Part shown: in pieces, positions 27,399 to 36,400 of the stretch | How positions within the stretch are numbered: the first letter of the stretch is position 1 | Layout of the letters: every line of letters begins with the position of its first letter | The notes under the pieces: model-generated | Databases searched by the model: none | Seen by the model: the letters and a program-made list of their open reading frames with translations, nothing else | What the model was told of the DNA's origin: nothing | IMG/VR virus record: IMGVR_UViG_2061766007_000036 | Length of the DNA stretch: 64,000 bases | Direction: 5' to 3' (one strand) | Origin: an uncultured virus (IMG/VR IMGVR_UViG_2061766007_000036) | Taxonomy: Duplodnaviria > Heunggongvirae > Uroviricota > Caudoviricetes | Position numbers and translations under genes: made by a program

Positions 27399-29963
27399 TT
27401 ACCACCAAATAATATTAATACTCACGCCATTCGCTGTTTGCGTAGAACTTTGGACTAATCGTACTGTATTGGCTGCTGTAGGAACAGCAGCTGCTACACT
27501 CCACGCAGTACCTGTCAGAGAAGAGGTTGCTACTCTTTGAGCAATTACATGGGAACTTGTCGTTACTCCACTTACGGTAACTGATGCAACTCCACTCGAA
27601 TTAAAGTCCGCAGAAACTGTGGCTGTGTGTATCCCCGTTGTCGTTGGGTCAGTTCCGCTATATACTACAGGAAATATTTTTTTCCATGCGCTCCATGTAC
27701 TGTTGTAGTAATGTCGAATGAATATAGCAGAAGTATTATATGTTGTATACCGTTGGACATACCGAGTTGATACAGATGAATCATAAAAACACTCTAAAAA
27801 CCCAGAATTATTTGATGGAAAATTTTTAGTCGTTATTAATGAGGAATTATCATAAACATTGTCATATATCCTGTATCCACGAACTTTTAATGAATCAGCG
27901 TTCAAATCCGGAACGGCATCTGCACTTCCCCATACTATTACATCTGTTGGGAAAATCCTTTTCCATTCACTCCAAGCAGCAGCGCTATCTGAACTTCCAT
28001 AATAATCTCTAATATACACATAATTCGAGTCATATGTTGTAAATCGCTGTAATTTATATCTTGCATATGTAGGACTTGGAAAAACTTCAAGATACCCTGC
28101 ATAATTCCCTACAGGATAGTGTCTTGCAGTAGTCGCATTTTGAGATACATGCTGTATATATACTCCTGGCAAAGTACAATCATTTAAATCTTCTGTAGAA
28201 AGACTTGTTCTCCTTCGAAAAGCGTCTGCAAACAAGCCCTTCATTGAATTACCTAAAACTTGTACATCTCCATCAAGAGATGTCCCGGAATTCATTAGAG
28301 ATAGACGATTTGTTTGTGTAGAATAAAGCATCACACTCTGTTGCCTCGCTGTATCCCATATTCCCAAACTCGTCTGTGATTCCGGATTTCCTCCGTAAAT
28401 AGTAGTGTTGTGATAATAAGTAGAATCTGTTGCGTTTTTATAACGAATACTGCGTTCTGTTAGTTGGTCTCCGTTGTCAAACACTACATTTGTATTGTGG
28501 CTGAAAGTGCTCTTATCCCATCCCCAAGCAGGTTTATTTGCGGATGTTCTTCCATACACGACTTTGTTGCCTGTAATCGTGTCATGAACGGTAATTCTTA
28601 CTTCAAGAGACCTGTCCAAAGCAACATTACTTGTATAGAAGTATTTAGTGTATGAATTGCCGGAAAAAGTTGCATCTGTAACAGTTGTCGGGCTTGACCA
28701 CGTGCCGTCTGGATAGTAGTGCCCCTCAAACATTATCGTTAGCGTATTTGTATATGTGCTATTGTCTTCTTTAAGTATTGTTGGTGTTGCCGTTCCTGTT
28801 ACAATCGTTTTTATTCTTCTCGTCGTATCTGTAATATTATCCTCGCTAAACGAAAGCGACACAGACGGTTCAATATAATCTCTGACTGGAACGGTCGTTG
28901 TAACTGCCTGTGCATTTGAATATCCTCTTGAGTCCGTTGCGACGACCGAGTATGAGCCAACAACAGCATTCGGTATATCCACAAAGCCACTTGTAGTTCC
29001 ACTCGAAAACGTATACGACTTCGAACCTCCACTATAGGTAATCGTCGCAGTTTTCATCGTAGCGCCTGTCGATGGCGAACAAGAGAACGTAACCCGTGCA
29101 GTAGACTTCCCCTTTATGATAAGTGCTCCGCCGGACGAGTTCCACGGTAGCGAGGTCGCCTTTACCGTAACCGAACTCACAGACAAATTATTAGGGGCTG
29201 AAACAGTAAACGAGGTTGAACTTGTTCCAATTGCGTTTGTTCGCCCAGAATCAGAATACGTTGTACACGTTACGGTACATGTTCCTGTCTTTGCGTTTGG
29301 AATTGTGCTTCCTGCGTAAGTGGAGTTTGTACCAGAGTATGTCTCTGTCAATGATGTCGTATGTGTGACGTTTTGTGTCCTTGTGGACTGCCCACTAAAC
29401 GCAAATGATAGCGTATGATAAAACGATGTGGCCGCCTTGGTAATTGTGATTGTAGAAGGGTTTCCAATAGAAACGTTTGTGGCGGAAACGGTTGACGCTC
29501 TTGGAATTCTCGTCAGTGAAATTGTTTCAGTCCACGTGCTCGCAGGATATGTCCCTTTTGAAAGCGATGAAGCAGAACTCGAGTTGTAATAAATCGAACC
29601 GCCAACAGTGATATCTTTCGTGCCATCTGAGTTGTGCGTTACCGTTGTCGTGTAAGATACGTTGTAGTTGACTCCACTGCTCTCGTAAGTAATCAAATGT
29701 GGCGACGGCGAACTACTGGTGTTCCGAAAATCCAAATCCGCCTTTGAACTGCTGATAACCTGCGTTCCATTGACGTTCAGTTTTACTGTATTGTTATTGT
29801 CTAAGTTATACGCACCGTTTTGCTGTGTAGATACCGTGTACATCTTCACGGTAATGGTGGTCGTGTTATTAGCTACGCTCTGCGAGTCTTCCGTAACAAC
29901 AATTCTCAGATTGTACTGATTGTTGCTACCGAATGTTGCCGAATTCTTTGTAAATGTTGCCAT
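27399..29963 (-). CDS. Tail fibre/receptor-binding protein (DUF859-like, two pyocin-knob-like domains)
   Basis: V.HNSDGTK; L.RIPRAS; VATDSRG; knob repeats DLN...G.Y...YP...GYLEV...QR.TTY..W. Confidence 0.8.
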   Translation of the reverse strand: MATFTKNSATFGSNNQYNLRIVVTEDSQSVANNTTTITVKMYTVSTQQNGAYNLDNNNTVKLNVNGTQVISSSKADLDFRNTSSSPSPHLITYESSGVNYNVSYTTTVTHNSDGTKDITVGGSIYYNSSSASSLSKGTYPASTWTETISLTRIPRASTVSATNVSIGNPSTITITKAATSFYHTLSFAFSGQSTRTQNVTHTTSLTETYSGTNSTYAGSTIPNAKTGTCTVTCTTYSDSGRTNAIGTSSTSFTVSAPNNLSVSSVTVKATSLPWNSSGGALIIKGKSTARVTFSCSPSTGATMKTATITYSGGSKSYTFSSGTTSGFVDIPNAVVGSYSVVATDSRGYSNAQAVTTTVPVRDYIEPSVSLSFSEDNITDTTRRIKTIVTGTATPTILKEDNSTYTNTLTIMFEGHYYPDGTWSSPTTVTDATFSGNSYTKYFYTSNVALDRSLEVRITVHDTITGNKVVYGRTSANKPAWGWDKSTFSHNTNVVFDNGDQLTERSIRYKNATDSTYYHNTTIYGGNPESQTSLGIWDTARQQSVMLYSTQTNRLSLMNSGTSLDGDVQVLGNSMKGLFADAFRRRTSLSTEDLNDCTLPGVYIQHVSQNATTARHYPVGNYAGYLEVFPSPTYARYKLQRFTTYDSNYVYIRDYYGSSDSAAAWSEWKRIFPTDVIVWGSADAVPDLNADSLKVRGYRIYDNVYDNSSLITTKNFPSNNSGFLECFYDSSVSTRYVQRYTTYNTSAIFIRHYYNSTWSAWKKIFPVVYSGTDPTTTGIHTATVSADFNSSGVASVTVSGVTTSSHVIAQRVATSSLTGTAWSVAAAVPTAANTVRLVQSSTQTANGVSINIIWW

Positions 29964-29977
29964 TCAATCACTCTCCA

Positions 29978-32479
29978 TTATCCGCCAACGTAGAAGCATC
30001 CCATATAGGTTGAACTAACATTCGGGTCTTTTTTGAACTTCCAATCCCCTATAGTGAACTCCGTTTCTACTGTCGCATTGTCCATGACCACGCCTTGATA
30101 TGTAACAGTAAGCAAGTCTATGTCGTAATCTCCTGTTGTATCATTTCTTCCCTTGATTGTCATACCTGTTTCGTCAAGGGTGTTTTGCAGGTCACCAACA
30201 CTACTTGTTATCTTCAGTCCATCGTCGTCAAAGGTATAATGATTCCCTGTTTCGACTTTAGATACTCCGTGTGCTTCCAAGTTGCCAACATAGTTTTCAA
30301 GTGTGCTTCCGGTCGTTGCGATATTTACAGAACCTGCGTTCATCGTAATGGATGGTTCGTGGTCGGGATAAGGCTCATAAACACCGTTATGCTCTCCAAC
30401 GACCCATCCTGTATCTATATCAAATACGACGGTGTCGGTGGCTTGGTTTATTATCGTAAGTCTTCCCGCTTTAATCCAATCAGCAAGGACATAATTAGAG
30501 GAGATAATATCCATGATGGCATTTCCGCTTGCGCTAAACCCATATTTGTATTCTCCGTTTACGCCATCGTTGGAAATACCAATGCCTTTAGCATTAATTT
30601 TGAAAACCGTCTCGGAAACGTCCAAGTCTGACTTGTCATGAAGATACCAAGTGTATGCACCCATCGCATCTTCTTTCGTCGTGCTATAAAAACCATATGA
30701 ATTCAGAAGTGCGCTTTGGAACTCTTCTTCAACACGCTCTCTTTCCGACTGCTCTCGCTCAAGACCTCCTTGCAGTCCGCTTACATCGTCTTGGATGCCG
30801 GATATATCTCCCTGTAGTCCATCAACATCGTCCTGTACAGTTTGAATATCTTGGCTTGTCTGAGAAATGCTTCCCTGCAACTGAACAATCTGAGAAGCAG
30901 AGGAATTTAGTGCAAGTCCAACTCTCGTCGGTGTGTTTGCCGTATTAGCGAGTTTGGTAACTCCGTTTAACGTGTAATCAATGTTCGTTAGGACGCTTAC
31001 GTACTCAGTTCCGATAACATCGTAGAACCTTATCGTATCCATGTATTCAGCGAACGGAAAATTCTTTATTTCCCCACTAAATATGCGGAACTGATTTGAC
31101 CCTATAGCGCTGTATATATCCCGTACATTCTGTTCAGCGTCTTTTGTCACTCCGGAATCATAGGTTTCGTTCCCAATTGAAGAAATAAGCGGATTCGTAA
31201 GGACAATAACATACCCGTCGGTTCCCGCCATCACTTCTTCTTTGTCCACAACGGTTTTTACACCTGTGACATAGACATTAACCAAGGAAGTGTCCAAATT
31301 AAACCAATCGATAATGGCAAAAGACTTGTTGTCATACGGTGTCCTAACTGTCGCTTGGCTCCCCGTCTTCAGCGTTGAAACTATCAGATATGTAGCCGTA
31401 TCTGGCACGGTAATATAAAACCTTCCCGTACCATATGTCGCTCCAACTCTGTACAAAGTCCCGCTTGTGGTCGTTGAACTCGATGTCTGAAATTGGAACT
31501 TGTCGTCGGAATTGATTTCCAAATATTCTCCTGCTCGAACCGAGTAGGCTGACAGTTTATAGGAACTGTTACTTGAACGATATCCCGTGTCGAGCAGTCT
31601 GTAATTGCTTGTCGTCGAATATACCGTTTTGGATGTGGATTCGTACGACGGAATCATAGAATACTGCTTGATAGTTACTTCGTATCTTGCGTTGGATGAA
31701 TTATATTCATAAACGACATTTCCGCCGACCATCATCGCCAAATATCCGATAAGTTCTCGGCATGTCATTAGTTTTTCCGAGTTGTATTTCCAATACTTGT
31801 TCGTGTTTCTAAGTAGCGTAACGGAACTTGCGTTATAGTTAAGTCCCGCAGTTGTGCACGCATCTTTAAACCATTCTGAAATATAGGTTTCAATCCCTTC
31901 ATATGCGTCATTCGGATAATACGCTTTGTCTGTTCTGTAGAGTTCATCCATAGCATTGATGACTACTACATTTCCATAGTCCGCATCTTGAAAAACATAG
32001 AAGTTGCCTTCCTGCACCGCAGAGTCCACAACAGCAGTGCCGTTCTTCATCAGAACAAGTCTAACGTTAAAAGTCGCCCCATAATAGTCGACGATGTCGT
32101 TGTCTGCTTTGGAACTTGCTACTCTGTTTGTAAAACTGATGTCGGGTGCGGACGCTTTCTGATTGGTAATAAAATAAGCTCTCAGCCCTCCGTATGTGGT
32201 AAAAGGTCTCGGCTGTGCCACTCCGTTGTCGTTGTAGTACTGTCCATTAATCAGTTCAAACGTGAGCGCTCTGCTCATAACCTGTCCTATCGGAAGCCCT
32301 TTTGATGTAGAACCGCTCGATATCGTGTTATTACTGCTTACAGTAAACTCTGTAGGTGTAAGGCACAACTGCGTACGTGTGGATGCGTTGCCATCATTTA
32401 GAATCATCGTTGCGTACATTACGTACACAGCACCGTCATTCATTGCGTTTCGGGCAAATCCATATTCACTGCTTTTCAC
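29978..32479 (-). CDS. Tail tip/baseplate hub protein
   Basis: 833 aa between Dit-like gene and fibre; coiled coil; WIKAG.L motif. Confidence 0.65.
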   Translation of the reverse strand: MKSSEYGFARNAMNDGAVYVMYATMILNDGNASTRTQLCLTPTEFTVSSNNTISSGSTSKGLPIGQVMSRALTFELINGQYYNDNGVAQPRPFTTYGGLRAYFITNQKASAPDISFTNRVASSKADNDIVDYYGATFNVRLVLMKNGTAVVDSAVQEGNFYVFQDADYGNVVVINAMDELYRTDKAYYPNDAYEGIETYISEWFKDACTTAGLNYNASSVTLLRNTNKYWKYNSEKLMTCRELIGYLAMMVGGNVVYEYNSSNARYEVTIKQYSMIPSYESTSKTVYSTTSNYRLLDTGYRSSNSSYKLSAYSVRAGEYLEINSDDKFQFQTSSSTTTSGTLYRVGATYGTGRFYITVPDTATYLIVSTLKTGSQATVRTPYDNKSFAIIDWFNLDTSLVNVYVTGVKTVVDKEEVMAGTDGYVIVLTNPLISSIGNETYDSGVTKDAEQNVRDIYSAIGSNQFRIFSGEIKNFPFAEYMDTIRFYDVIGTEYVSVLTNIDYTLNGVTKLANTANTPTRVGLALNSSASQIVQLQGSISQTSQDIQTVQDDVDGLQGDISGIQDDVSGLQGGLEREQSERERVEEEFQSALLNSYGFYSTTKEDAMGAYTWYLHDKSDLDVSETVFKINAKGIGISNDGVNGEYKYGFSASGNAIMDIISSNYVLADWIKAGRLTIINQATDTVVFDIDTGWVVGEHNGVYEPYPDHEPSITMNAGSVNIATTGSTLENYVGNLEAHGVSKVETGNHYTFDDDGLKITSSVGDLQNTLDETGMTIKGRNDTTGDYDIDLLTVTYQGVVMDNATVETEFTIGDWKFKKDPNVSSTYMGCFYVGG

Positions 32480-32496
32480 AAGGTCTCCCTCCTAAC

Positions 32497-32524
32497 AAAA
32501 AACAGGGGGCATTGCGCCCCCTGT
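32497..32524 (-). terminator. Intrinsic terminator
   Basis: ACAGGGGGC-GCAAT-GCCCCCTGT then TTTTT. Confidence 0.75.
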
Positions 32525-32823
32525 CAAACTATGGGCAAATTATTGACAGCCTGCATAATGTTGTCTAGATAGCCGTTTCCTTTCAAGTCATCATGGTAAA
32601 TCTGATGCGTCTGAATAAGGTCTTCCAATGCATCAGAACTGATTTGCCCTGCGGCTATGTATTTCTTGCCCTCTCTTTTTATATCGTTGTACAAGATTTG
32701 ACGCAGTCCCTTCATGATGGACTTTTCGTCATCTTTCTTCCTGTTGATAAGTGTAAATATGCCGTTTACTAAAGCAGAAAGCGCTCCGCTCGACAGTATT
32801 GCTATAACAATTGTAGTTATCAT
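32524..32823 (-). CDS. Small membrane protein of the type usually found in lysis cassettes
   Basis: N-terminal TM helix; G.I....LE.....YH..L.GNG......V..LP. Confidence 0.6.
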   Translation of the reverse strand: MITTIVIAILSSGALSALVNGIFTLINRKKDDEKSIMKGLRQILYNDIKREGKKYIAAGQISSDALEDLIQTHQIYHDDLKGNGYLDNIMQAVNNLPIV

Positions 32824-32840
32824 AGAATCACCTTCTGCGA

Positions 32841-33440
32841 TTAGAAATAGTCAGACAACTTCAAAACGGGATACCCGTCTGTGGTCGTGCTTTTCTTCGT
32901 TGGAGTCATCGAATTGACCGCAGTTACTATCGGAGACGTTGTGCTTCCGCTGTAAGTTGCGTTAACAACCAACACATACTCGTCTGAGCTCGCTGTAGTC
33001 GCTGAGGACGTGTTTGACACCACAGGATGTACTCCCGTGAAGTTGAACGAAAGTTCCGTCATACGCTCACTGGATGCCTGTATCGTGCCAATCTGCAACG
33101 AGCCCTTGCCAACGTATGTCTTTACTACTACCCAATGTCCAAAATAAGGGGAATACAGGAAAGCCTCAAAGTTATGACCGTTCAGAATGATTTTTAGGAT
33201 TTCCGAAGAGTCCGCAGATGAAACATCTGTCGCCTTGTAACTGTACTGCTCGACGGTAAACATTGGAAATGCTTCCAAAGAACCCGCCTGCACACGTTTC
33301 GTGTCTTCTTGATAGGTCGATTCGAAACTGTACTGTATTCCCTCGTCCGGCTGCAGAATTGCGTGCCATGAAGTGTCGCTTCCGCTTAAAGCACGGAACA
33401 TTACTATGTTCTGTGACGCTCTAAAATTACCTGTTGCCAT
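32841..33440 (-). CDS. Distal-tail-like protein
   Basis: Directly after TMP; QPD...Y.F..TY..D..R...G; PMFTVEQ; LSFN.TG..P. Confidence 0.6.
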   Translation of the reverse strand: MATGNFRASQNIVMFRALSGSDTSWHAILQPDEGIQYSFESTYQEDTKRVQAGSLEAFPMFTVEQYSYKATDVSSADSSEILKIILNGHNFEAFLYSPYFGHWVVVKTYVGKGSLQIGTIQASSERMTELSFNFTGVHPVVSNTSSATTASSDEYVLVVNATYSGSTTSPIVTAVNSMTPTKKSTTTDGYPVLKLSDYF

Positions 33441-33451
33441 AGAATCACCTC

Positions 33452-33472
33452 AAAAGGGGGCTTTCGCCCCCT
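33452..33472 (-). terminator. Intrinsic terminator-like hairpin after TMP
   Basis: AGGGGGC-GAAA-GCCCCCT then TTT. Confidence 0.65.
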
Positions 33473-33473
33473 G

Positions 33474-36400
33474 TTACAGCATAAACGGGTTTTCGCCCGT
33501 CCGTAGCTGACGCATCTCTGCTTCGTCTATCATCTCTTCAAATAGCGTTCTTCTGTTCAACTGAGCAACGAACTGATAACTTCCGCCCTTGGATGCCGTA
33601 CCCAATTCCTCACGCATAATCTCTCTGATAAGGCTTTCGGGGGCTTCCAAGTTCCTGCCACGTGACTGGTCGCCGAGCATTGCCAAGAACGGAGCGTTCG
33701 GAGGAATAACAGCACCTGCGGCAAGAGCAGACACTGAGAATCCGCTCACCTGCATCAGATACGGAAGTTTGGTCGTATTCGGAAGGCTGTTGATTCCTGT
33801 ACGAATGGAATTGAACGTGCTTGCGAACTTGTTAGCCACGCTAATCATCTTGCTGATGAACGAGTTCATTACGGTAATGGCATCGTTCAACGGAGCTTTG
33901 ATTCTTCCGCCCATACCGGAAAGTCCGCTTGCGATATTAGCGGGAATATCAGCAAACGCTTTCTTAGCCGCTTCCGCAACGCTGTTGAAGAACTCTGTAA
34001 TCGGGTTAAACTCCGTTTTCATTCCTTCCAACAGACCCTGCATGATGTATCCGCCGTATTCCGACATGACTGTAGACGGAGAATTGATTCCAAGGAGTGA
34101 GCAAAGCGTTTCTCCGATGGAATCCCACATGGAGTTGAGTTCCTCTTCGTCCCATTCGCCTTCCATTCCCATGAATAGCCCTTTGACGATATTTACACCG
34201 TTATCGCCCATGAGCTGTTCCATTGTAAGTCCGTTCCGCTGAGCATCTGCCTCCATCTGAGCCAACTTGTCCGACAACACAGTCGGAAGTTCTCCATATT
34301 TTTGAGAAACTTCATCGACGTTTTTATTGTTGTCCTGTGCCCACAATGCGATTGCATCTTGCATCAATTGTGCCTTGTCAGATGTCGTCCGTGCCATATA
34401 TTCGAGCACGGTTATTACTTGCCCGTCAGACGTTCTTACTTTGTCGTTCCATCGAACAATATTGTTTTCAGAGTCTGTGTAATCCTTGTGAGACAAAATT
34501 GCATTTTTAAATGCGTCTGGTTCTTTGTTCTTATAGTTCTCGATTAACTTATCGTTTACTTCTATTACATCTCCAGTTGCATCTTTAATCATCACACAAG
34601 AATCGACAAGTTTGTTCTCTGAATCAATGAGTCTTCCTTGCGCATCCAACATCACCATCACTTGCTTGCCGGATTCATCGACAGCCTCTCCGTAGTTTTT
34701 CCAAGCATCATTCGCTAAAACTACCGATTCTGTGCTCGCATCTGTACCTTCTTTTGCCACCGCCGTCCACTCTCTTACATTCTGCTCGTAGACCTTCCCG
34801 TCTTCCGTATACTGTACGAGTGAAGTATTGGCAACAGTCCACGCCTCGTCCAAAGTGGCAAGTTTTTCCGTTTCGTCCGCAATTGCTTGGTCGACGACAT
34901 TGTTGTTGCTTTGAAGAATCTGAATAAATCCTTCCTGTGCATTTGAATAACTGCTTAACGATAGGCCGCAACTTTTTAAATACTGCTCATACTCATACAT
35001 CGTCCGCATTGCTTCTTCTTCTGTTATTTTGCCATTATGAAGTTGCTCAGAAACATTTTTCGCTCCGACCTTTATCATTTCGAAGTTTTGAATCATGTTC
35101 CTATGCTTTGCGGCTTCGTCGTCAATTCGATTTACTTCCTGCTGAGCTTTTATGATGTCCCTATAATTCTCGACCAAAACGTCGTGCATGGCTTCGACTT
35201 TAGCCGTTTGAAGCATTTTGTCTATCAACAGGTTCAACTCATCTCTGCACGAATGAATCTCTCCTTTTGCCGACATTATGCTTCCTGTAGCAGTGTCGAA
35301 ATACAGCCCCAACTCATTATAGTTTTCGTCTCCCAAATACTTTTTCATTGTATCAAGAGCCGTATTAATATTGTTCAGTTCTTGTACTGTGACACCATCG
35401 GACGTATTAATTGACAGAAGTCCTTCCAACTGTTCTTTTACAATTGTAAAATCAACATCCACCGACTCTACTTTGCCTGTTATTTTCAAGTTAATATCTT
35501 CAATCAAGTCTATTGTCGAAAGAGCGTCGTCAATCATTTTTTGGGTTTTTTCCTTGAAATCTTTGATGCCAGAAGATAGTTCTTTTTCAGCCTGTTCTTT
35601 TGCGTTGATTGAAATTGTAGTAATAGTCAAAAGCGCAACAGCCGTAAGTATCAAACTCCATCCGCCTGTTGGCACAGCGAGCAGAACGCCAAGAGCACCA
35701 ATTGCCCCTGCTATTATTGTGGCTAATTGTTCCCCAAATGATGCACCGGCATTTTTTTCTGCTCCTAACGCTATAGATGTAGCAAGCATCATTATCCCGA
35801 GTCCAACAGTAATAATGCCTGCCGTTGGATTGAAGATGAACAGTTTGCCTCCTGCTGTTGCCATTATTGCTCCAAGTGCACCTATCAGAACTGTCCAAAT
35901 CGTATTTCCGTCAATTCCAAATTGAGCGCCAATATCCTTTATTTCCAACCAAATTTTAGGTATTACGATTTTTATTCCATCGAAAAGACCTTTTCCTGTT
36001 TTTGCTATTGCTTTTACAAATTCTTCTTCAAACTCAAAGAACGCATCTAACATTGCACTAAAGTCCATCGACCCGATAAATTTAGCAATAGATTTCCCAA
36101 TTTCGTCCCAATCCGCTTTTTGCAATATTGACGTTAGCGACTTGAAAAACTTCGTAACGCCTTCAGAAACAGCCTTTGTGAGTTTCTTCGTGTCAAGAGT
36201 TTCAACCGCAGAGATAATTGCATCCAATACTCCGCCAAGGATTGACCCTCCCGCATCTATAGTAGACGAAATAAGCCTCCCCCAAGGAATCTTGTTGATT
36301 CCTTCCGCAATCTTCTGTCCAAGACTGTCCCAATCAAATTTTTCCATGCTCGATGTAAGCGTTTCAAGTCCATCAACTATTTTGGCTCCGAGCTCGTCCC

